The position numbers and the translations under genes are program-made. A model generated the notes under the pieces. It was not told the DNA's origin. It did no database searches and saw nothing but the letters and a program-made list of their open reading frames with translations. From a virus (taxonomy: Duplodnaviria; Caudoviricetes), in IMG/VR virus record IMGVR_UViG_3300038379_000041, positions 1-46,528 of that record: DNA of 46,528 nucleotides. One strand, given 5' to 3'. Each line of letters starts with the position of its first letter. Position 1 is the first letter of the stretch. Of the stretch, positions 29,380 through 37,018 are shown one piece after another.

Positions 29380-29781
29380 ATGCGCGTCTTCGTCTTCGTC
29401 TTCGTCTTCGCCTTGTCGCTCGGAGCCCAAGAGAAGGGCTCGTACGTCACGCCACAGGCCCGTGCTGCGATCACGGACATAGAGATCACCGAGGTTCGCA
29501 TCGGTCGGATCCCATGGATGCTGGCGATCCACTATCGCGACAGCGCGGGTACCACCATGATCGACTATCACCGCGGCGTCTTCATCGAGCCCATCGCCGA
29601 CGATCCCGGCACACCGAACGTGAATGAGGCCAACCCCGGCAACCCGCGCGGCGCGGATGTGCTCGTGAAAGCCTTAAACAAGGCCAATCTCAGCACGAAG
29701 TCGCTCGAGTGTCGGGCGGTGGAGCACCTGGTCAGCGAGGGATTGATTCCGGCGGCGAGTTGTAGCGGCGCGCCGCAATAA
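29380..29781 (+). CDS. Fibre-associated protein with a signal-peptide-like leader
   Basis: MRVFVFVFVFALSLGA-Q leader; follows the fibre-like gene. Confidence 0.65.
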   Translation: MRVFVFVFVFALSLGAQEKGSYVTPQARAAITDIEITEVRIGRIPWMLAIHYRDSAGTTMIDYHRGVFIEPIADDPGTPNVNEANPGNPRGADVLVKALNKANLSTKSLECRAVEHLVSEGLIPAASCSGAPQ

Positions 29782-29805
29782 CACAACCCTGCCGGAGATT
29801 TTCTA

Positions 29806-30159
29806 GTGAACACCGCGGATCCAAAACAAGTCGGCGCTCGCGCACGGCGCGCAAAGGACGCCGCGCGCCGAAGACACGACGACACGAAGGCCGTGTTATC
29901 GACGCCGGCCGGGAGGCGCCTGATCTGGTATTTGCTCGAGCGCGCCGGCGTGTTTGAGTCGGTAATGGGGCCGGACGGAGTGATCCAGTATCAGGCTGGA
30001 CGACAGGACTTCGGTCATGAGATCATGGCGCTGGTCGAAGCCTCGGATCCAGAGGCCATATTCGCGCTGATGCGCGAGGCCAGGGACGAGCGGATCAAAG
30101 AGCAGCGAACACAACAGGCCGAACAGACGCCGGCCGTAAAGGACGAGGGTGAGGAGTGA
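29806..30159 (+). CDS. Bbp19-like head-module protein
   Basis: DDTKAVLSTPAGRRLIWYLLERAGVF...AGRQDFG pattern; precedes the scaffold. Confidence 0.75.
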   Translation: MNTADPKQVGARARRAKDAARRRHDDTKAVLSTPAGRRLIWYLLERAGVFESVMGPDGVIQYQAGRQDFGHEIMALVEASDPEAIFALMREARDERIKEQRTQQAEQTPAVKDEGEE

Positions 30160-30815
30160 TGTTCGGCACACCAAGGCACGGGCGCATCGCGCCAGTACTA
30201 TTCGAGGGTGAGGGCGGCGGGCCGGCGGCAGGCGATCAAAAAGCCGGCCAAGAGGACAAGGGCGGGGCGGACGGGAAGCCGGCTGATGCCGGCGGCAAGG
30301 GCGGCTCAGACGCGAAGGGCGGTGCCAAAGACGGCGACGGGAAGCCCGTGGCCGGCGCACCGGAGAAGTATGAGTTGACCGTGCCGGAAGGCCAGGAGTA
30401 TCTCGAGGCGGATGACTTGCAGGCGATCGAGGTGATCGCCCGCGGCAAAGGCTGGACGAACGAACAGGCCCAGGCCGCGGTCAACGAACACGTCGAGGCC
30501 GTCGAGTCGCGCAAAGCGAGGTTCTTGGAGGAGTCGAAACAGGATCCCGTCTACGGCGGCGACAAGCTCGATCAGACGGTGCTGCTCGCGAATAAGGCGC
30601 TCGATCGGTTGCATCCGAAGGGCGATCTCGAAGGCGATCGGTTCCGCAAGTTGCTGTCGCGGTCGGGATACGGCAACAACATCGCCGTGCTCGCTCACCT
30701 GGCGAAGCTCGGCAAAATGATGGGCGAAGACGGCGGACTACCCGGTAGTGGTCACAGCGGCGACAAGAAGACGGCCGAAGAGATCATGTACGGCGGCACG
30801 ACGTCGAAAACCTGA
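30159..30815 (+). CDS. Capsid scaffolding protein
   Basis: Low-complexity G/D/K N-terminus, APEKYEL, GYGNN, KLGKMMGED, EEIMYG C-terminus; directly before the capsid gene. Confidence 0.8.
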   Translation: MFGTPRHGRIAPVLFEGEGGGPAAGDQKAGQEDKGGADGKPADAGGKGGSDAKGGAKDGDGKPVAGAPEKYELTVPEGQEYLEADDLQAIEVIARGKGWTNEQAQAAVNEHVEAVESRKARFLEESKQDPVYGGDKLDQTVLLANKALDRLHPKGDLEGDRFRKLLSRSGYGNNIAVLAHLAKLGKMMGEDGGLPGSGHSGDKKTAEEIMYGGTTSKT

Positions 30816-30829
30816 TCGGAGACAGTTCC

Positions 30830-31996
30830 ATGAAGACCCTTCGCGTATTGACAGGGTTCCTGATGTGCACACTCGTCGCGGCCGCGTTCACGGTGGACGC
30901 GCACGCGGTCAGCGCATCAGCGGGCCTCTTCGACGCGCCGGCCAGCACGGCGATCGATGTGCTCTACTACATCGGCCTGGGCTCCGGCGTCGCCGTGTTC
31001 GGCGCGACGCTGAGCACGAACGCGCTCACCCTACAGGATTGGGCCAAGCGGCTCGAACCCGATGGCAAAATCGCGGTGATCGTCGAGCTGCTCGAGCAGA
31101 CCAACGAGGTGCTGCTTGATATGCTCTGGAAAGAGGGCAATCTGCCCACCGGCCACCGGACGACGGTGCGAACCGGACTCCCGACTGTCGCCTGGCGCCT
31201 GCTGAATCAGGGCGTCACGCCGAGTAAGAGCACCACGGCGCAGATTGACGAGCAGGCGGGTATGCTCGAGGCGTGGAGCGAGGTGGACGTCGATCTCGCC
31301 AAGCTGAACGGGAACGTCTCGGCGTTCCGGTTGAGCGAGGCGAAGGCGTTCATCGAGGCCATGAACCAGGAGATGGCGAGCACGCTGTTCTACGGCAACG
31401 GCGGGCTGGCACCGGAGGAGTTCACGGGCCTGGCGCCGCGGTACTCGAGCACGTCGGCGGGCAACGGCGACCACGTCATCCTGGGCGGGGGCGGGGGTGC
31501 CGACAACACGAGCATCTGGCTCGTGCAGTGGGGCGAGGAAACCATCACCGGGATCTTCCCCAAAGGCAGCAAGGCCGGTTTGCAGCATGACGATTACGGC
31601 GAGGTGACGGTTGAGGTCACGGCCGGCGTCGCCGGGCAGCGGATGCGCGCCTACCAGGAGCGATACCAGTGGAAGGCCGGGCTGGCCGTCAAGGACTGGC
31701 GCCACGCGGTTCGCATCGCGAACATCGACGTCAGCGATCTGTCTGGTGGCAGCGCCGCCGATCTGATCGATCTGATGGAGCGCGCGGAGGAGACGCTCCC
31801 GAACAAGATGGGACGCCGTGCGTTCTACTGCAATCGCACGATCCGGCGCTACCTGCGGAAGCAGGTGCGTACCGACGTCTCGACCGGCGGCGGGCTGACG
31901 TACGACAACTACATGGGCAAGCCGGCGCTGATGTTCGGCGACACCCCCGTTCGGCGCTGCGATGCGCTGCTCAATACAGAGGCCGTCGTCGCCTAG
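30830..31996 (+). CDS. Major capsid protein (Bbp17/epsilon15 gp7-like) with a 58-aa hydrophobic N-terminal extension
   Basis: TLQDWAKR, QTNEVLLD, EGNLPTGH, FYGN...PEEFTGLAPRY, DWRHAVRIANID, DALLNTEA; GGAG RBS before 30830. Confidence 0.93.
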   Translation: MKTLRVLTGFLMCTLVAAAFTVDAHAVSASAGLFDAPASTAIDVLYYIGLGSGVAVFGATLSTNALTLQDWAKRLEPDGKIAVIVELLEQTNEVLLDMLWKEGNLPTGHRTTVRTGLPTVAWRLLNQGVTPSKSTTAQIDEQAGMLEAWSEVDVDLAKLNGNVSAFRLSEAKAFIEAMNQEMASTLFYGNGGLAPEEFTGLAPRYSSTSAGNGDHVILGGGGGADNTSIWLVQWGEETITGIFPKGSKAGLQHDDYGEVTVEVTAGVAGQRMRAYQERYQWKAGLAVKDWRHAVRIANIDVSDLSGGSAADLIDLMERAEETLPNKMGRRAFYCNRTIRRYLRKQVRTDVSTGGGLTYDNYMGKPALMFGDTPVRRCDALLNTEAVVA

Positions 31997-32022
31997 TCGG
32001 GCACGACACACAAGGAGGCAAC

Positions 32023-32466
32023 ATGTTTCTGGATGCTCTCGGAGTGGTGTCCGACGCGCAGGCGGTAGTCGCCGACGCGCCGAGCACCAACACGATCGAT
32101 CTCGGCAACGTCACACCAAAGCGCGAAGTCGGCACGGGCGAGCCCATCGGGTTCGGGTTCTCGGTGGACGTCGCGGCGGACATCGCCAATGCGGACGAGA
32201 CGTATGAATTTCAGGTGATCCAGTCGGCCAACGCCGATCTGTCGTCACCCGACATTCTCGCGGCGCGCTCGATCGCCGGCGCCACGCTGGTGGCGGGCTA
32301 CCAGTTCTTCATGGAGGTGCCGGTTGGCACTCCCACGAAGCGGTACCTCGGCGTGTACTTCAACGTCGGCGGCACGACGCCGTCGATCACGGTCACGGCC
32401 TGGCTCACGCTGCGGTCGCTGTTCTCGATCTTGGCGAAGTCGTACGCCAAGAATTACAGCGTGTGA
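32023..32466 (+). CDS. Bbp16-like capsid cement protein
   Basis: AAGGAGG RBS; MFLDAL..SDAQA...STNTIDLG, RYLGVYFNVGGT, TAWLT; true start 32023. Confidence 0.8.
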   Translation: MFLDALGVVSDAQAVVADAPSTNTIDLGNVTPKREVGTGEPIGFGFSVDVAADIANADETYEFQVIQSANADLSSPDILAARSIAGATLVAGYQFFMEVPVGTPTKRYLGVYFNVGGTTPSITVTAWLTLRSLFSILAKSYAKNYSV

Positions 32467-32470
32467 TCAA

Positions 32471-32510
32471 CAGGGTTGGCCGGAGACGCGGGCTTCTCCG
32501 GCCAACCCTG
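32471..32510. repeat. Perfect 16-bp stem-loop after the capsid/cement genes
   Basis: CAGGGTTGGCCGGAGA-cgcgggct-TCTCCGGCCAACCCTG; no U-tract. Confidence 0.85.
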
Positions 32511-32530
32511 CAAACAGGAGGGGGTAGGAA

Positions 32531-32884
32531 ATGGCAACGGCAAAGACGGCAAAGACGGCAAAGACGGCTCAAAGGCCACACGAGGCGACCAAGGGGAGAC
32601 AGGATCGATCGCCGACGATTCGCGTCATGGCGACAAAAATGGGGTATTACAACCACGAGCGGCGCCGCGAGGGCGACGTGTTCGACCTGAACGTCGCCGA
32701 CTGCAAAGCAGGCCGCTTACCGAGCTGGTGCGTCGAGGTGCCGCCAGGCACACGGCCGAAAACGACGACGCCAAACGAGGCGCTCAAACAACACCACGAC
32801 GTGGTAATGAAGGAGCGATCGCAGCGGGCTGGCGCTGACGACTCTGGCATCACGGACACGGGAATGAACCCCCTCGGCGACTGA
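32531..32884 (+). CDS. Small head-module protein
   Basis: AGGAGG upstream; TAKTAKTAK repeat; GYY...RRREGDVF...PSW motif. Confidence 0.65.
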   Translation: MATAKTAKTAKTAQRPHEATKGRQDRSPTIRVMATKMGYYNHERRREGDVFDLNVADCKAGRLPSWCVEVPPGTRPKTTTPNEALKQHHDVVMKERSQRAGADDSGITDTGMNPLGD

Positions 32885-32929
32885 ACTTCGGGGATTTTGC
32901 CGGCTTCCAGCGGCGAGTGAGATTGAGCG

Positions 32930-35900
32930 ATGGCGACAGCGACCAAGTACCTCGAGTACACGATCAACCTCACGAACAAAGCGCAAACCGAGACGCTACA
33001 GGCGGCATATCCGGGCGGGATCAATATCGCGCCGGATGCCGCCGCATTGGCGTACTTGGCGCCCATTCAGAACGTTGGCGACGATTTCTCCGCGCCGTGC
33101 TGTCGATCGCCGTGGTTCATTCTGAACTCAAACTACCCGCGCAACGTCGCCACGTTTACCAAGAAGGTCGGCGGGTGGTTTGGTTTGTCGTTTCTGTTTG
33201 GCACGACCTACACATATAAGTGGGTCGGGCAGTTCGCGTACGTCGCCAGCGAGACACCGGAGATCAACGGCACGCCAACGGAAGTCGTAACGATCGCGCA
33301 GCGAAAGTTTCTCGTCGCATTCTCCGCGTTCTACGACGGGGACATCGACAACATCGGCGCGGACGCGCAAGGGGTGTGTCGCGAGGCGTCGCGACACGTC
33401 GATGGTTTCGGGTGGGTGTATTGCGCCGACGCCAGCGGACGCTTCGTGACGGCGAGCACGACGCAACTCGGGGCCGCGGCCAACAACAAGACGTGGGAGA
33501 GGGTGTATCTCAAGCCCGTCGCGATGCCCACGGCATCACAGCGGTTCTGGCGGGCGTTCATTTCCGGCGCGGCGCAACGCGGATGCTCCTTAAGTCTCAC
33601 GCCGGACGGCCGCATCGCCGTCAATAACATCAGCGACGCGGGCACGGAGACATTACAGGCGACTTCGACCGACATCCTCGCGCTGAACACATGGTATCGG
33701 CTCGACGTGTTGATCGAGGCCAAGACCCCTGGCGGCAACATTCGCGTGTACGTCAACCGGAAACTCTGGATGACGGTCACAATGCCGGCAGGCACGGGGC
33801 TGTCGAACACCGGCAATCACACCTCGAGCGTGCTCGGTTCGTCGGCGGTGCCTGGCACCGACGAGGTCGAGATTCATTTCTGTGATTGGGTCGGCGCCGA
33901 GTGGCCCACTGCGGACGGGAGCGGCGACTACACCGGGATCGATTGGCTCAACGGCAGCAAGATCGCACGCATCGACGTCGCTGCGGCACACGCGGACAAC
34001 GAATGGAGTGGCGACTATCGCTACGTGAACGCGCTCAACGTGAGCGAGGTGGATTCTGCGGCCACGATGAACACCACGACGAGCGCAGGCATCTTGGCGC
34101 TGTCGATGAATGACGTCAAGATCGAGGATCAGCACGGCGCCTTGGGAGCCGTCGCGTTTACGGCGTGCTGGAACGTCAACCAATTGACGTCGATCGCGGG
34201 CACGCCGGCCTTGTTCGGGTGGGATATCGCCGGCGCCGGCGCCGACCTGACGGCCATCGCACTGGTCGCCAACACACAAATGTGGGTGCGGCGCCTGTAT
34301 CGGCCATCCGGGTTAACCGAGCCGTTCACCATCACACCGTTGCAGTTGCGTCATGTGAAGTACGGCAACACGAGTGAGGCCAGGTGCTACGGCGTGACGG
34401 CGCTGGTCGAACTGGTCGGCACGTTTGGGGAAGAGGACGTGCCGGACGACACGGCTGAGACTGCGTCGCCCACGACGGCGCCGCCCCGGCGTGGGATTCA
34501 CGTCGCGCCGTATCCCGAGACAATTTGGGCGCGCTCGAGACTGGCACCCGTCTCGCCCGTGATCGTGCATTCTGGCACCTACGTCGGCAACGCGACAGTG
34601 ACGGAGTTGCAGTTCCGCGCGCCGGTCACTTGGCTGGTTATCAAGCGCGTGGACGCCACACAGCACGGCTCATTCTGGTGGTCATCGCTGGTCGGTCAGC
34701 ACACCTCTGGCGAGCGGGAGATCGCGCCGCGAATCCACGCGCTGATCGATGCGAGCCTGATTGTCACTGGCGCGGAGGATGCCCAGGAGCAACGCACGAT
34801 CGTGCGGATCACTGGCAACGCCGGCAACGTCAACGCTTCCGGCGTGACCTATAACTACATCGCCTTTCAAGATCCGGGCGCGCGCTTCTCGCTCAATGGT
34901 GCGTTCCTGCACTCGAGCACGGCGTTTGCGAGTTTCGTCAACACGCTCCGCAACGCGAATTTCAATCCAGACGGCATCTTTTTTCACATCGAACGCATCG
35001 GGGCGAGCGACACCTCGTTTAGTCACTACTTCAAGGGGCCGGGGCACTCGGCGAACGCGGGCTCACCACTGAACGCGGCGGAGTCGGTAACGATTGCGTC
35101 GAAGGCGGCGGGCGCGCTGACGTCGCTGGTCACGCTCCACACGAGCGGCGTCGATCCGGTCGGCTATGCGTGTTTCCGCATGGACGACAACAGTTCCGAT
35201 CCAAACAAGCACAAGGTGCTTAAGATCGTGACGTGGACTGGCGACGGTGCTGCCTCGAGAACGATCAGCCTGCCCAACAGCTCGGGACTACGACCGCTCT
35301 ATGCCATCGTCTCGCCGGAGAACGCCGCGGCGTATCACCGATGCCCCGGCGACACCGGATCGAACAGCCATAGCATGAGTTCGGGTACCGTGAGTACCAC
35401 GGCGATTACGTCGGGCGGCATCGATCAAATCACGGTCGGCTCAACACTCAACGCCAACGGCGTTGATTACAACGCCTTTATTATCTTGGGAAGCGCGACC
35501 GCCGGCAACAATGGATGGTCGATCGATGGCGAGTTCGCATACGTCGAGCCTGACGCGCCCGAGGGCGACTACGACGATCCCGACGATGCGATCGATCCGA
35601 TTGATCCCGATCCCGAGGATCCCGATCCTGATCCGGGGCCGGGCGATGGCGACGACTGCGATGCCGGCGACGTCTGCGTCGAGGCCACAACGCGGATGGT
35701 CAACCTGGCGCTGCTCAAGATCGGCGTACAGCATTTCCTGAGTAACTACTGCACGGAAACGGTAAAAGAGGCCCAGGTCGCGCGCAAGGTGTTCGAGGTC
35801 GCCGTGCGGTATACGCTCCGCATGTTCCCCTGGCCCTTCGCCACGAAATACGCGGCGCTGTCGTTGGCCGTGACGCAACCCAACAACGAAGACTGGACGT

Positions 35901-37018
35901 ACAGCTATCGGTTACCGAGCGATTGCATCTACGCGCGCCGGATTGTGGTCGCGCGCAACAAGGCCGTCGATCCCAAAGGCCCCCCGTTTATGCAATCGGC
36001 CGACTCATCAGGAGGGCTTCTGTTCGCGAATCAGGCGAACGCCGTGCTCGAGTATACGTGTCGGCCGACGTGCGTGAGCTACGTCGCGGACGCGCTCTTT
36101 ACGGAGGCATTCGCCTGGAAGCTGGGCGCCGAAATGGCGCCCGGTCTGTCGCGCATGACCGAGGTAGTGACGCACTGTCTCGATCAGTTCAAGTTGGCAA
36201 TCGAGAAGGCCGAGAGCGACATCAAGCCCGGCGTGCCTGGCAAGGTGCCGGCGACCGATCCCGCGGATCTCGACACGACGGCCGCGCAGATCGCGGCCAA
36301 CCTGGGCGTCATCAACCGGGCGCTACTCCGCATCGGCGCACGCACCATCGCTAACTACACCACTGATCAGTCGCGCGAGGCCATCGCCGTGAGGCTGGTG
36401 TTCGAGGATGAGTTGCAGGCCACACTGCGAGATTTCCCCTGGGCGTTCGCGACGAAGTATGTTGAGCCGGCGCTGGTCGGCGGCACGGCCACGGATCCCG
36501 TCAATCTGGATTGGCAATACAGTTATCGTGCGCCCTCGGATTGCGTGATGGTACGGAGACTCGTGACAGCCCGAGGCCGGAGCTACGAGCGCAACCCGGA
36601 TCCGTTCCGCATGGCCGAGGACGCCACTGGCGGGCTGATCTTCGCCATGACCGATGAGGTGACGATCGAGTACACCGCTCGGGAGGCCGGCACGGTGGCA
36701 AAGGCTGACGCGAAGTTCCGCGACGCCTTTGCGTGGCGCATCGCTGCGGCGACGGCGGCGTCGCTGGCTCAGGTGGATCCTGACTACCCGGATCAGCACG
36801 GCCGCGGGCCGGAGATGCCACAGGACGCGCGCCAACGCCACGCCAGGAAGGACATTAAGGCGTCGCAGCGGTTGATGGTGGCACGATGGGCCTGGGCCAA
36901 GTATCAGGAGGCGCTCTCGAGCGCGGCGACGACAGACGCGAACGAAAAACAGGAGGAGAAGCCGGGCGACGCCGATTGGATCCTCGACCGCGGCATCGGC
37001 GAGGACGAGTCACTGTGA
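32930..37018 (+). CDS. Fusion protein: ~900-aa beta-rich domain, Asp/Pro linker, then two tandem tail adaptor (T7 gp11-like, tail tubular A) domains
   Basis: Two copies of N.AL..IG...EA......LR.FPW.FATKY...DW.YSYR.PSDC...RR...EYT.R...D..F..AFAW; directly before the nozzle gene. Confidence 0.85.
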   Translation: MATATKYLEYTINLTNKAQTETLQAAYPGGINIAPDAAALAYLAPIQNVGDDFSAPCCRSPWFILNSNYPRNVATFTKKVGGWFGLSFLFGTTYTYKWVGQFAYVASETPEINGTPTEVVTIAQRKFLVAFSAFYDGDIDNIGADAQGVCREASRHVDGFGWVYCADASGRFVTASTTQLGAAANNKTWERVYLKPVAMPTASQRFWRAFISGAAQRGCSLSLTPDGRIAVNNISDAGTETLQATSTDILALNTWYRLDVLIEAKTPGGNIRVYVNRKLWMTVTMPAGTGLSNTGNHTSSVLGSSAVPGTDEVEIHFCDWVGAEWPTADGSGDYTGIDWLNGSKIARIDVAAAHADNEWSGDYRYVNALNVSEVDSAATMNTTTSAGILALSMNDVKIEDQHGALGAVAFTACWNVNQLTSIAGTPALFGWDIAGAGADLTAIALVANTQMWVRRLYRPSGLTEPFTITPLQLRHVKYGNTSEARCYGVTALVELVGTFGEEDVPDDTAETASPTTAPPRRGIHVAPYPETIWARSRLAPVSPVIVHSGTYVGNATVTELQFRAPVTWLVIKRVDATQHGSFWWSSLVGQHTSGEREIAPRIHALIDASLIVTGAEDAQEQRTIVRITGNAGNVNASGVTYNYIAFQDPGARFSLNGAFLHSSTAFASFVNTLRNANFNPDGIFFHIERIGASDTSFSHYFKGPGHSANAGSPLNAAESVTIASKAAGALTSLVTLHTSGVDPVGYACFRMDDNSSDPNKHKVLKIVTWTGDGAASRTISLPNSSGLRPLYAIVSPENAAAYHRCPGDTGSNSHSMSSGTVSTTAITSGGIDQITVGSTLNANGVDYNAFIILGSATAGNNGWSIDGEFAYVEPDAPEGDYDDPDDAIDPIDPDPEDPDPDPGPGDGDDCDAGDVCVEATTRMVNLALLKIGVQHFLSNYCTETVKEAQVARKVFEVAVRYTLRMFPWPFATKYAALSLAVTQPNNEDWTYSYRLPSDCIYARRIVVARNKAVDPKGPPFMQSADSSGGLLFANQANAVLEYTCRPTCVSYVADALFTEAFAWKLGAEMAPGLSRMTEVVTHCLDQFKLAIEKAESDIKPGVPGKVPATDPADLDTTAAQIAANLGVINRALLRIGARTIANYTTDQSREAIAVRLVFEDELQATLRDFPWAFATKYVEPALVGGTATDPVNLDWQYSYRAPSDCVMVRRLVTARGRSYERNPDPFRMAEDATGGLIFAMTDEVTIEYTAREAGTVAKADAKFRDAFAWRIAAATAASLAQVDPDYPDQHGRGPEMPQDARQRHARKDIKASQRLMVARWAWAKYQEALSSAATTDANEKQEEKPGDADWILDRGIGEDESL

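Noticed and set aside
31669-32022. Extended start of the cement gene suggesting a capsid frameshift fusion
   Set aside because: Strong RBS and ATG at 32023 and no clear slippery site; not excluded experimentally
32549-32567. 9-bp tandem (TAK repeats) as a regulatory repeat
   Set aside because: In-frame low-complexity coding repeat
36886-37014. Upstream start of the nozzle ORF
   Set aside because: GTGA coupling at 37015 matches the family N-terminus
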